Positions 39,158 to 52,802 are shown, counted from the first letter of the whole stretch. The stretch: DNA of 63,275 bases, filler included, from Collodictyon triciliatum (GCA_043381765.1; 14 parts of 14 records of this genome joined end to end with filler, not necessarily neighbours in it), one strand, 5' to 3'. Notes: generated by a model from the letters alone, not told the origin. Translations and numbers: made by a program.

Positions 39158-42100
39158 AAAAAAAAACAAAACAAAAAAAAAAAAAAAAAAAAAGTTGAAA
39201 ATATGGTTCATATTATCCAAACCATGGCCAGAAAAGTAGAATGCGAAGCATCCAGAGATTCACGCCCAACCTACATGAAATTCATCACATGACTATTTAT
39301 TCTGGAGCTTTAAAAAAACGTAATAAAAAATGAATTACTTGAAGGTCAAATCTCATCCGAATTACAGAATCCAGTAAAGAACGCATGAAAAGCTTTATGA
39401 AATAAGTTCTAATTTTAAACGAAATTGCAGGGCAAACATAGGGATTGGTAGTTTTTACTTTTCAGCATAAAAATGTATATACATATTTACTATCTTAAAG
39501 AAAATGAATACGTAGAGTATTTCACATCATAATTGAATAACTTTGTGGCATATGTTTTATAAATTACGTATACATATTGCTCCTAATGTAATTCAGAATA
39601 AAAAAAGAAGTATATGGCCTTTTTATTGGAATGATAGGGGTACTGTGTGGTACTACCTGGGTGGATGAACTTATATGAAGCCTCCTACGGGAGCATATAG
39701 AAAGCATGATTTCCTACATGAATAAAATTTTCGTTTCAGCTCTCTGGATGATAAAATTATTAATTGCCTTCCTGACTTCAATAATAATCTGGATAGACTG
39801 AAAGAAAATGGAAAAATATTAGCATATTAATTAGCTATGAACATAGAAAAAATATTGCTGCTGTTTTCTGCACTTGACATTTACATTTATGATGAAAATA
39901 CAATAAAAAAAAATGAATGAATACATGATAGGAGTAAAAACCTGTTTTNNNNNNNNNNNNNNNNNNNNNNNNNNNNNNNNNNNNNNNNNNNNNNNNNNNN
40001 NNNNNNNNNNNNNNNNNNNNNNNNNNNNNNNNNNNNNNNNNNNNNNNNNNNNNNNNNNNNNNNNNNNNNNNNNNNNNNNNNNNNNNNNNNNNNNNNNNNN
40101 NNNNNNNNNNNNNNNNNNNNNNNNNNNNNNNNNNNNNNNNNNNNNNNNNNNNNNNNNNNNNNNNNNNNNNNNNNNNNNNNNNNNNNNNNNNNNNNNNNNN
40201 NNNNNNNNNNNNNNNNNNNNNNNNNNNNNNNNNNNNNNNNNNNNNNNNNNNNNNNNNNNNNNNNNNNNNNNNNNNNNNNNNNNNNNNNNNNNNNNNNNNN
40301 NNNNNNNNNNNNNNNNNNNNNNNNNNNNNNNNNNNNNNNNNNNNNNNNNNNNNNNNNNNNNNNNNNNNNNNNNNNNNNNNNNNNNNNNNNNNNNNNNNNN
40401 NNNNNNNNNNNNNNNNNNNNNNNNNNNNNNNNNNNNNNNNNNNNNNNNNNNNNNNNNNNNNNNNNNNNNNNNNNNNNNNNNNNNNNNNNNNNNNNNNNNN
40501 NNNNNNNNNNNNNNNNNNNNNNNNNNNNNNNNNNNNNNNNNNNNNNAAGCACCAATCTACACTTCTTAATACAGAGTTGTTCAAGTGTATCCGATCGATT
40601 GTTTCATTAACTACGATGTGGTTAGAGTGCGGGGTCACATAACTGAATTTGTGGGTGGTATGAGGTCTAACGAGATAAAAAAAATTATGATACGTTCCCA
40701 TGCATGAGGCATAACCAATAATGCTGAATTTATATTACCTGATTTTAATTTCACAGAGTGGAACGTAAGGATGCAATAGTTATATAATACAATTCGAAGA
40801 GGTACCAAATGGAGCCACGAAGCTCGGGTATCCATCCCAATCTAATGATCAATCGAAAGCGAAAGAAATGAACGGGGTTACACTCTTCCGATAATTTTTA
40901 TTACCATTCCTTTCGACTCAATTAAAATGGTTTTATTTGTTGTATGGGGAAGAGGAAGGGGAATGAGTAAGGAGGAAAGAAGGGGAATCGGTATGTATGG
41001 CATGTGGTTTCAAAAGGTTGGATAGATGCATAGAGAAAGAGAGAAAGCATACCTCATGTATAACTAGAAATAGATAATTTGGGAATGATTCCCACTTCTC
41101 CCGAATTTCCGTTGCGATACAATCATACCTGATCAAAGTATTTGAGCATTAAGTAAGATGTATATTCTAAGGCCAAGGATATTAGAATTATGTTGTTGTG
41201 GCTCCCAAGCGAATCGAATATAGAGGATATGAGCATATCAAGGAAACTCCGGCAGGATACCCAGTCAAGGGATGAAGCTCGAAAATTTCTTCCAACAGGG
41301 TAATATCCTATGGTTTTTGTAAAAGGATTAAATTGAAATGGTTTAATATCCACCAGGCTGATGAACTTAAGTGCTATGGGAATGGGTTTCGGAAGAATAA
41401 AGCGAGGGAACATGAAAATTTGAATGAAATAACTAGTATATAATTCTTACTGAAGGGCTTGCACAGGTAAAGTCAATCCAAAAAGGATTCAATTGCTGAA
41501 TTCTTTTTAGACCTCTGGATTTTATAACATCCTATATATAAGCCAAGTAGCTTAAGATTTATTATATGGGGACATCTCACATCTTCATAATAAGATATTA
41601 CCAGAATGCGACGATACATAGATGCTAGAGATGTAGTTTTCAAGTGTCTCATCGAATAAAAATTGTCAAACCCTAATTAATTGAATCAGTTCGTTCACTG
41701 ACAAGTCAGTCACTGTACCAAAGTCCTCTCCGATGATAGTGCACTTAAGCTCTTCTTCAAACATCGCAAGTGGGCGAATCATGTTATCAATCCTTGATAT
41801 ATCATCAATGTAATCCTTAACCTGTCCAGTGGATTTTTTTTTTAAAAAAAAAAAGTATTGATTAAATGAATGGATCAATCGCGATTGGCCATATTGGTTT
41901 AATTCAATTCTGAGTATATTTTGTGGGATCTTCCCGAAACATGATATCTCAAAACTGAGCTGAGGCCATTCCATATAAATTTATATGCAGCGATATATTT
42001 TAGTAGCGCCCATGCAAACGATGGCTAGCGAACCAAAGCCAACATCTCCACCATCCTGCACAAAACTGAGAGGAAGAATAAAAAAAATGCAGCGATATAT

Positions 42101-42574
42101 TTTTACGTTATAGTCAGGGTAGTATGCATTCGCAGACATCGCCATTAAGGTTGATTTGCCCCTGTTCTCATTTAGTTCGTGCTCACTTCCAACGTCAACG
42201 TCTGGGACGAAAACCTTTCATGTAAGAGTTTAGAACCGTCCTTAAACTCAAAAAATAAAATAAAAAAGGTAAATATTGGTTTTTATTTTAATGTTAACAT
42301 GTGGAACAATATCTCTTGACGTAAAAAGTAGTAGAAAGGCTTTATCATCTATTTAAAAAACCTAAAAAAAGTGTGAAGCGTTCATCTATTTACTTACCTT
42401 ATCATCATCTACACTGGACAAGTCAAAGGCAAATGGTATGTCATTCCGACTGAGAAGGTTTCTAGAGGATGTTCGGTGGCGATCGTCGTCTTCAAACTGC
42501 ACTTTGGAAGGGCGTGGAGAACCTGGTATTTCACCATAGCTTTGTCCTCGTGGCCGCCGGGGTATCGAATCCAT
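38578..42574 (-). CDS. CorA-family Mg2+ transporter (Alr1-like)
   Basis: FWIDF and REKWESFPNYLFL in the soluble part. The C-terminus NDLMKKISSVATVLLPLTII..GLFGMNVKVPGQ..WFIGICSTIVVLAVINVYYFRKRNLI* has the GMN motif and two TM helices. Confidence 0.85.
41985..42103 (+). mobile_element. 85-bp 5'-truncated LINE insertion with 17-bp TSD
   Basis: ATGCAGCGATATATTTT at 41985-42001 and 42087-42103 flanks an insert ending GAAGAATAAAAAAA, which is homologous to 21059-21141. Confidence 0.85.
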
Positions 42575-43410
42575 TCCAGCAACACAAAGAGAAATTGAAC
42601 TCTTGCCGTTCTGTGGCAAAAAAAAATAAAATAAAAGGAGCTGTTCTAGTAACCACAAGGGCCGGGAGACAAGAAAGTGCGACTAAAAATGATCGATGCG
42701 ACGCTCAAAAGCCATAAAAAAAAAAAAAAAAAGAGAGAGAGAGAGAGTACGAGCGTATGGGNNNNNNNNNNNNNNNNNNNNNNNNNNNNNNNNNNNNNNN
42801 NNNNNTTAATTAATTAANNNNNNNNNNNNNNNNNNNNNNNNNNNNNNNNNNNNNNNNNNNNCCAGTTTTCCTTCCCGCCAAGCAATCTGCCCATCAGCTC
42901 ACTCGGCGCTTCTCGCTCCCTCGTCATCACACCGGACCGCTCGTCGCCCTCTGCCCACTATGTTCGCCGCTCGCGCAAACTCAAAAACATAGTTGTGCTC
43001 GACAGTGTACTGCCCACGCCATCGCCTGACCGTGTGGCCGTGGTTGCGGAGCCCAGAAAGTAATGCCATCGCGCGGCTGCTTTGCTGGTGCAAATCATGC
43101 TTGGTCATTTCTGCCCGCTTGATTATCGCACACATACGCAATAAACCTGAATAACAGAACCTCCAGCTGAGGAGATGAGGAGATGAGGAGAGCAGTCACG
43201 AAGATATAGTGGTTGATACTTTGATACTGCGTTCGGGTTTTGCTTTTCGTTTTTGGGTGGATTTTGGAATCGATTAATTGCTTCATATTGGCGGGGAAAG
43301 ATAGGGAAGCTATGGAACGGGGGAGAGGTAGGGTAGCATCAGATTCGATTATATGAATCTCTAGTGTATTTGTATTGCGTATGCTTGTGCGGGTAATGGC
43401 GATAACAAAA

Positions 43411-43455
<45 letters not shown>

Positions 43456-43524
43456 GGAGAAAAAGGAGGAGTGGTCTGAATATAATTATCAATGAACTAA
43501 GAGGTGCGCGGAAAGATGTTGTTC

Positions 43525-46500
43525 CTAATCTTGGTCTGTTGCCTCAAACTCTGATTCTAGTGCCTCCATCATTTGGGCTGGGAGACTTACATTCCATACT
43601 TCACATAAGAGTTCGTCGGCAGACGGCAAGTTCTCTGGTAGATTTCTGTTTATTGTGCGGGGAATTGTGTGATTGGAAAGGGAATCAAAAGAAAACATTC
43701 GCATTGCAAAGTAATAGTATAATAATAATACATTGGAATCAGATTGTAAAAGCTGTAAAAAAAAATTATATAATTTGAAGCATCGATTGGTCATACCGAA
43801 AGTAATTCAATGTAGATTCGAAATCCAATAACATGATTTGATCTATGGTAGCATATGTATTATATTTTAAAAAAAATTGTAATCTTTTGTAATTTTTTGC
43901 ACTTTTTTTTTATTTTTTTTGAATTTAGGGAAGATAATTAAGGTGAAATATCATGTGTGTTTTCAGATGTGCATGAGAAGCATTCCACTCGATTACTTTG
44001 AGCAAATCTCATTATTGCCAATGCGACACGAAGTAGGATGGTTAGGTTATTTTCAGCGAGCAGTATGTCCCAAATACGGTATACCACTACAAACGATAAA
44101 TGGTCGTGGGGAATCATAAATATCTCATAAGACTATCCAGTCGTAAATAGAACCAGGTGTAATATCCCAATTCAGAGAAAAAGAGCTCACTTTGAAGTGA
44201 TATTAATAAATAATGCCTCATTCCAAGGCATTACCTGTTAGGGGAAAATTGTAGGAATACAACGTGATAAACCAATGGCTCACATACAAACTTCCTTCTA
44301 TATTGTACATTCTCTGTGATAGTTTGTAAAAATTAGATTCAATTAAATAGTCAAAAGTATAGCCATCTCGGTATCAAAGAAAAGAGCTACAAAAATTTTT
44401 GATCCACAGAAACTCAATCATAGAATGCAATTTATATCTCAAGTGGAAGAAATTGATTTTTCATAGGAAATAGGTGTAATGGTAAGTATCTACAGTTGTC
44501 ATCTTACAAGATGTTTACTGAGCCTTGGTAAAAAACGTTCCAGTATTTTATCAAACTATTTTATTTATTTTTCATTAAATTATGTGATTCGGCTATGTAA
44601 ACATCAGGTAAATAGGGTTTAATGTAAAGCTATGAAATTTAAACTTGCGAATCGAACACGCATACGTATGAAAGAAAAAGAAATATACTGTTTTTTTTTA
44701 AAGGGCTCCACCTTAAACATCAATAGCCTTATCGTCTTGGCTCCTGGTTGGAAAAGTTCGTTAAAGTGAAAGGTTTTCATGAGCTGGACATACGTCCAAA
44801 AGGCTTCCTGTAAATGTAAAAACAAAATCCCGTGGTAGGCATTAGAAAAACTTAGTATAGTGTATATAAGACATCGTTAATTAAATTAAGTCTGACAAAA
44901 AAAAAAATGGATCCATTCGATTCGATTCGATCAGGTGCCATCAGAACAGCTTAGGTTAAAGCTTTTCGAAATCACTACTGATGAAAATGTACATATATGG
45001 ACGGTTCTGAGTTGATGATGAGAGTATAAGTAGATATATCCAACCTCGGGTGACATAATAATTAGGAGAACTCCCGCAACAAAATTCATTCCTTGGCAAT
45101 ACCCTATAGTTTGATCTAGAACAGAGTATGCCCGGAGTAGGTCTGATAGAAACTTTTGACTGAAAATAGGGAACATAAGGAAAAGAATTCCAGTCGATCC
45201 AAAAAAAAAAAAAAGACTAGTCAATAATTTAGTATGAATGAAAAATCATCATGGGTGTTACAGACAGAGATCTAGAGAGGAACTAGCAAGGAGGGTTTAG
45301 AAAGTGACTCACATAGAAATATTGAGGATAATGAAATATAACGAAATATAACGAAACATATTATATGAGATATACCCATCACCAGAGTCACTAAACATGG
45401 GGTGATCTGGGAAAGTCCTTCCAACATCATTTCCTATCTTGTTTTCAGCACAACTTTTTGAATTGACTAGGTGCTGTGGTTTAAGAAGAGTGGGGGGATT
45501 TATCAAAAAAATTGTAAAATTGTAAACTTGTAAATCTGACACTAGTTAACTTTTATTTTTCCTTTGTTCAATTCAAAGTGACACTAGTTTACTATGACCA
45601 CGCTTTAAATAAGACATATATAATCATACCATTGAACATTTAGGACAGCTATATTTCTCTAGAAATATCGAAAAACAATAAGATATCGCATAAAAAGTTG
45701 GTAGAAAGAGACACCTCGTATACTCCAGGATTCTTTTCAATGAAATCACGACTGCAAGTTATTGACTTCCATATACTGGCTCGAAGATTTGTTGGGAATC
45801 CATTCCACACGAGGGAAAGGAACTAGGTGAATTCATTCACAGAAAAAGGCTCGTTAAGAAAGGGAAAGGGAAAAAAAATGAAGAAATTGAATTATTGGGG
45901 TAGGATAAGAAGACGTCTCAAATTTAATTCATGGCAAAGTAATTTATATGTACTTTTCTGTCTGTAAGCTTTTCTCTTCTCCATTCGCGAGCCATTTCTT
46001 GGTATTCTTTGTCACGGGCCTCTGCAGACTCTACTACCACAGAAAATATGGAGAGAGAAACTGAACCAGCTGAAAAGACATCCCGGGTGGACCCGAATGT
46101 CATGAATAGATTTTCTTGTTTGTTTCGGAGTCCTGGTGAAGATTGATCCGAATCCTTTGAATTCGCGGGGGTGTGATGCGTATGGTGACTTGGTATTGAA
46201 GCAGGAATTTTTGGATGAACTGGTGTCAAAAGAGTTGGTTGGGATACTTCGGGGACGCTGTGGCTCCGGGCCAATGTAGTTTCCTCTGGTGAACCTACAG
46301 TCTGATATGTATATATATCATATTTTGATCATTAGCTGTACTGAATCTGTGCTTAACAAATAGATAAATTGATAATAAATAAAATTAAAATTAAAATTAA
46401 AAAGATTTCTTTCCTCAGTTCAAGGGAAGGAAAGGGTTTTTAGATTTAAAAATAAAAATAAAAAGAAGGGTATTGTATTTATTCTGGATGAGTTTGGAAG

Positions 46501-47222
46501 AGATACGATTTCATATATCAGTTAACGTTTAGTTTGTGGTGATAATGAGTTGTAAATGCTTTAAGTAGGTTTGTTTAAAATTGAGATAGTGGCGTTGATA
46601 AATCGACCATTTGATGGTTTTGAGCATATATCGTTTGAAAAGAAAATCCAACCCACTCCTTTTCAACAAAACTGAGTATCAAAAGTAAAAAGCAGTGTGT
46701 AAAGTCAAACATGAGTAGGCATTAGAGAGAGAGAGAAAAATTATAATAAAGTCATAAGGATCATACAGAGAGAAAGAAATGACATATGTTTGGAGAGTTG
46801 AAAATAGAGATGAACGCGTCGTCTTTGAATGAAATAAAGGAAATAATAAAAATAAATAAAAATAAAGGGTGAAAACGACGCACACAATACATGGTTTATT
46901 GAGAATAATAAAGGGATAGATAAATATACGGATATGTTAATAGATGGACATATAGATGGAAAGCTTTTTGTAATGTTTATTGTTTGTAATCATAACGTGC
47001 AGGTAAAATGTAACAGTATGAGGATGACTGGTTATCAAGAAAGGAGTCAAACAGAGAAAAGAAAAATTGAAGGAGAATCACCTTTGGTGAAGTGTCTGTG
47101 GCTATTTTCAGGCGCGGGGTCAAAGTATTCGCGCTCACAGGAGAGAAGGATTGAACCGACGATTCCATCTCGTGGGCATCCGCCGTGGAGAAGGACAAGA
47201 TTGGCCCTGTGGCATTGAGCAT
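43525..47222 (-). CDS. TBC-domain Rab GTPase-activating protein
   Basis: GFPTNLRASIW, IGNDVGRTFPDHPMF (IxxDxxR finger), LLRAYSVLDQTIGYCQGMNFVAGVLL (YxQ finger), EEAFW and WFITLYSYNFP. The start exon is approximate. Confidence 0.9.
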
Positions 47223-47416
47223 ATTATTTTCCTTTAGCCTTCAAGCCTGGAATAACCATAGTCATGGATCAAAATAAACCAAAATGAAAACAAAAGAAGA
47301 CAAAAGAAAACAAAATAAAGTAGAATAAAGCAATTCCACTCAAAAAGGGAAAGAAAGAAAAAAAAGGGAGCAGGCGCTGCAACGACAAACCCTCCCTTCT
47401 GTCGCATACTTTGAGG

Positions 47417-47521
47417 GTTTTTTGGTTTTTGGTTTTTTGGTTTTTTGGTTTTTTGGTTTTTTGGTTTTTTGGTTTTTTGGTTTTTTGGTTTTTTGGTTTT
47501 TTGGTTTTTTGGTTTTTTTGT
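47417..47521. repeat. (TTTTTTGG)n tandem repeat at contig end
   Basis: About 12 copies of an 8-mer running into the linker. Confidence 0.9.
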
Positions 47522-47621
47522 NNNNNNNNNNNNNNNNNNNNNNNNNNNNNNNNNNNNNNNNNNNNTTAATTAATTAANNNNNNNNNNNNNNNNNNNNNNN
47601 NNNNNNNNNNNNNNNNNNNNN

Positions 47622-47717
<96 letters not shown>

Positions 47718-47857
47718 TAAGTCATTCATAAAAATCTAAAAAATCCTCTCTTCCCTTGAATCGAATAAAGGAAAAGAATAAATATATTCCTGAAATCAAT
47801 GTGAATGAACTGAAAGGGGAAAAAAGGAGCAACAATTAGTAGATAACAGTATGATTA

Positions 47858-48280
47858 CCTCTATCTCAGTGACGCTCTTTCCATAGAATTGCGTAATCCA
47901 AGGATATTCAATTTCTGTCGATGGATGCCATTGATTGGCTACTTTGTGGTCTGGAATCCAACCGTACCTTGTTAGAGTATATACAAAATCGTGCATTAAA
48001 ACCAAAATTCATTATTCTATTTGAAATACAGACAATATAAACGAATTTTCACTTGCTGCCTCCAAGTTGATATTATGCAGTGAGGACTTTTGCATCACAC
48101 ATGATGAAATGCAGTTTTGCTATGCATAGAATATGAAAACAAAAAGTATGGGTTAACATACCTTTCCCCCAGAAAGCACACAAAGTATGTTGACTTCTCT
48201 ATTCCTTGTAAGCAGAGACGCATAACCTTAATTTAACTGTATTACGACTAAAATCGTTGGTATGATATTCATCATCATCG

Positions 48281-48371
<91 letters not shown>

Positions 48372-49642
48372 CATCATCGAGTTGAATTGAATTGTTTAGA
48401 GTTCCCAAAAAAAATAGCAGAGAAGAGATTCCATGAAAGTGTGACAGCATATGATGCTTTTTTTCTTGCAGAAAAGTGACAAAATAAGGGGAATATAAAA
48501 TCTGAAATAAAACAAAAACATACAAGGATATTACAATTACAACGAAGGAATGGGATATTCATGAAGCAGCACCAACGTAAGCAAGTCACAATTACCTGTC
48601 CGCTTGAGCTCTCCTGCTCAGTAATGCCCCAGCGAAGGTCAAGAAACACAACCTCTATCTTTCTCTTGCGAGCTGTTGTGCTCACACTAAAAAAAAATAA
48701 TTATTTTACTTAGAATATAGTTATGAATTGCCACTATCCTCTAATTAGCACGCGAAAGGCCGTCTACTTCAACAGATTTCGGCAACCGATAGTACGTATC
48801 CACAAGCACAACATTCATATTCGTATGACCTCCGTACATGTTTGTATGCATATACGCAACCACTCTTATTCAAACCAATAGAAAACTGATGTAAACAATA
48901 TAAAGGGGTAAATAGAGAAGAACAAAAACAAGACTAAAAAGAAGATAAATTTGAAAAAGTGATGACAACAAGAGAAATAAATGGAATGGATATGCATCTA
49001 GTCAATACCCGCGATACACAGACCCCATTCAAACATGTCTTACATGGAGTTTGCGTATTTCATGAAGCAGTCGCGCTCCAATTGCATATCACGGAAGGTG
49101 GAGGAGAGAAAGACGCGGAGGACTCTGCCCTTGAGGCACTGTGCGATGGAATCCAGCCGCGCCAGCGACGAGCGAGGCTGTGCCGACCGAGCCGAAGACG
49201 CAGAGTTGCGGGGCAGCGATGCCGACGAAGCCGACGAAGCTGACGATGGCGACGACAACAACGACGGCTGCGAAGGCGCAGCCCCAGCGGCATGTGTGCT
49301 CGACGCGCTTCTGAGCCCCCCACGACCCGCGCCTTTGCACTCGCCCTCGTTGTCATTGTGATTGTGATTGTGATTGTGATTGTGATTGTGATAGCCATTG
49401 TCGTTATCCTTATCGTTATCCTTATCGTTATCCTTATCGCGTGGCTGACTCGCGGCAAAGCTGTGGGTCGCTATGCCCGGCGATGCTGTGCGCGGCGGCG
49501 TTTGGGTGGCGTCGGGGCGGTGTCCTCGCACTTGGATTGTAGCGTTCTTTGAGGTCCGCGGCCGGCTCGAAGGCCGTGTTGGGGGCCGTGTGGAGACGGT
49601 GCCCGGGCGTGTGTCCAGCCCTTTGCCTGCGGCCGATCCCAT
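47858..49642 (-). CDS. DUF4062-domain protein (NPHP3/TEP1/NWD-type STAND N-terminus), 3' partial
   Basis: LRVFLSSTFRDMQLERD, VFLDLRWGITEQES, YGWIP and KSVTEIE are the recalled DUF4062 motifs. The N-terminus is low-complexity and starts MGSAAG. Confidence 0.8.
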
Positions 49643-50007
49643 GTGTGGTTCGCGGGTGCGTGTGTGTTATATGTGTGTCTGTATGCTGGTCTGCTTGTGT
49701 TAATTTATTAATTATTTCCCTTTTCCTCCTTTCCCTCCTTTTCTCTTTTTTCTCTTTCTTTCTCTTTTCTAACTCTCATTTCCCTTTTCTCATTTCTTCT
49801 CGTTTTCTTTCTTCCCATTAGCCTCTTTCTTTCTCTTTTCTTTCTTCCTCCTATTTGCCTCTTTCTCTACCGCGCATTATCTCCTTTCGTCTATCTTTCG
49901 TGCGGTGGCACCCACCCAATTTCTTGTGCGCCATTCACCAGAATATCAGCCACTGATCTCGACTCTGTTTTGCGATCGTTGATGAGCGCGCCGCTTTGTT
50001 TATGGGT

Positions 50008-51693
50008 TCAGTGCCGCGAGGGTTTCAGTCGGTCGTGCAGCCAGGCTTTGATGGTCTCTGCGAGTTGATCCACGAAGCCTTCGTAGGCGTGCCCTGACCC
50101 TTCGAATACCTGATCGAAGCTTGTTAGTGGGTTGCATATCGCAGTCATGGCTGCAGCTGTACTCATGGGCAATTACCTTGAGAGTATGGTTGGGTATTAT
50201 GTTTGCAATCTCATATGCATCCTGGACGGATATGATGCTGTGATTTCCATTAGGTGTTTGGAGAAGTTATTGTTATGTTGGGGACGTTTGTGCAATCTTG
50301 TGGATCGAGTTTTTCCATAATGATAGTATTATGTAAATAATTGATGAAAAATGTACTCGTCTTTTGTTCCATGGGTTGTGAGCACTTGGGATTGAATCAA
50401 GCGGGCATGTGCTTCGATGTTGAGCGTTTTTCTCTCGGTTACATCGCTCCTGTACATTTTAAATGTTACTTGAAGATATCAGGCGCGTTGGCCCAGTGAG
50501 CATTATGAAAGCAGCAACGTATCCGTTTCTGTATAATTAGGCCAATGAGATTACCGACGAAATAATATAAAATAAAAAATAACATAAAATGGTTTGCTGT
50601 CTTTTTGAACTTTTTTTTAAAAGTGCGATGATTTGCGCATCGTCTTAAAACGTCGTAATGAAAGGAAATCGACAAACTAGTACATGTAAACAACAATATC
50701 CGGTTTGTTTCCGTAAAGTTGAACGCGCCCGTTTTCTTCAAGATCCTTTTGTTGCTTTGGGTTCAACAAGGTGCTGTGTCATAGGTATATATAAAAAGAA
50801 TTAAAACAAAACATTAGTGCCTTCACATCTCTCTTCCTCTGAAGCCATGCCATCTTAATAGAAACATGGATATGAGTATTGATTGCCAATCTTGTCGACT
50901 AAAAACATATGCAAGTAGGTATCCTGAGTTAAAAAAAAAAAGAGAGAGATACGATTATAATTGTTCTTACGTGGCCATGTTAAACCGACCACTAATGTTT
51001 ACAACATACGGGATATCATGAAACAACCCATTATAAAGCAACATATTCGTCCCACTCTTCGAATATCCTAAAATTGTCTGGTCAATTGAAAAACGGTTAA
51101 TTTTCATTTTATTCTCCAATCCGCACCATTTATTATGTCAGCTTTTGTAATTAAAGAATTTTAAAAAAAAAGTAGATTGGCCAATGAAATTCGTATGTGA
51201 ATATAAACAGGGACAGAGAAAAAGAAGAAAAGAAAAAGAAGAAAAGAAAGTTAGATTTAGACTTAGATTAAGATTGAGATCATTATGAAAGCACTTCCAC
51301 CTCGACAGGCTCACCGTGTTCCCTCAAGTAGCGAACAACAGCCCGAATCTCCGACACTTCTCGGGCATAGGACGAGAAGGAGTAAGCAGCGTTTGGACTC
51401 TTCCCAACCCTCGTAGTTGTATAGTCAAACATCACGAGAGTGTGTGCAGGAAACGCTTGACCCAAGGAAAAGGCCAGCTGCTGAAGAAGCGGGGACTGGC
51501 TCGAACCTCCAAGCCCGTGGCAGATCAGCAGGCTTGTGTGCGGCTCTCCTTCGACCACAGCAGCCCCAGGGCAGCGGAGGGCTCTCAGCTCGTGTGGTTG
51601 AAACGCAACTCGACTGTTTCCTTCGTATGGTGCAAGAAGCTCCACATAGTCCCGCTCTTCCACAAAGACAGGAAAGGTCTCAAACTTCAGCAT
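50008..51693 (-). CDS. Alpha/beta hydrolase
   Basis: LLICHGLGGS (oxyanion), ILGYSKSG (nucleophile elbow), VVNISGRF, VLTTHGTKDE (acid) and FEGSGHAY (His). Confidence 0.8.
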
Positions 51694-52802
51694 TTTTTTT
51701 TTTTATAAAAAAAAAGTATGGCGCCTTTTCTGTGCCTTTGTTCTGTCGTCTTTGTGCCCTTCTGCTGCTTTTCCTTGAGAATCTCGCTGTGCAATCTACC
51801 GTATAATATATATGGAGAGTATTTACATTTTAGGTATGCCTAGCTAGAGACCAGGCCGCCTCCAGAAGCAAGACGCAGGCCACGCTGGAATAAATGTGGA
51901 ATATATGAAACATGATTCGAGATGAATTCTCTCATTTATCTCTTTCTTATCGCAAAAACGATATATTATTATTTGCATATTTTTCTACTACACATTTGAT
52001 ATGTACATTCACTTGATAAACGACTCTGAAGTCTGGCCTCTGCCATCAAATAATCACTCAGAAAGCTGCTCGCTCCTGTGCTTCGCACAATACTGATTAG
52101 ACATACCCGATGTGGATTCCACATTAATGCCGCCACAAGTCGTGTGATTGTTGCGTTTTCAGGCTTTGCGACTCGCCCGGTTAATCAGCACGATGTCGCA
52201 TACACATAACATTCCTTGATAAAGAAGAGAGCGGAGCATGAGGGACAATCGAGTGGAATAGAAACTGCAGAGTTTGAATANNNNNNNNNNNNNNNNNNNN
52301 NNNNNNNNNNNNNNNNNNNNNNNNTTAATTAATTAANNNNNNNNNNNNNNNNNNNNNNNNNNNNNNNNNNNNNNNNNNNNTTTTATGGTTTTTATGGTTT
52401 TTATGGTTTTTATGGTTTTTATGGTTTTTATGAGTGCCTTTGTGGCCCTGCAAGAGCAAAACTTTGTAGCCACCGAGATCCAAACCATAGATTCTGATTA
52501 ATTCTTGTTTGCTTGAGGTCTAAGCGAAGACCACATTATTTCCAGATACAGTTTATAGTAATATTCGGTAGATAAGGGTAGAAGTATCTGAAGAATCTGG
52601 CTGTTCGCGCTCATCTCCTTTGCCATCCACCTGGTCTTCGCCGAATTTTTTTTCTAAGGTAGGTGGCTCGGGCTTCTGGGCGGCGAGTGTGGAAGAGTAC
52701 CAGATCAATCCAAGGCGCACACACACACCTACACAAGAACTCTGGGAGACGCCTGACTAATGATAAAGTAGGTGCGACCAAAGCAACCCCGGATAGCAAC
52801 TC

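Noticed and set aside
42862-43062. Orphan terminal exons (plus strand here; minus strand at 18616-18800 and ~52140-52220)
   Set aside because: These are plausible 3' ends of truncated genes, but too short and motif-free to call.
5301-47222. Apparent Rab7/autophagy cluster (CCZ1, EPG5, TBC GAP) and an RNA-cap pair (CMTR1, snurportin)
   Set aside because: Each gene sits on a different contig and contigs are ordered by length, so the co-occurrence is an artefact.
48520-48535. ATATCCTT-like U12 donor motifs
   Set aside because: The occurrences I checked do not fall at inferred exon boundaries.
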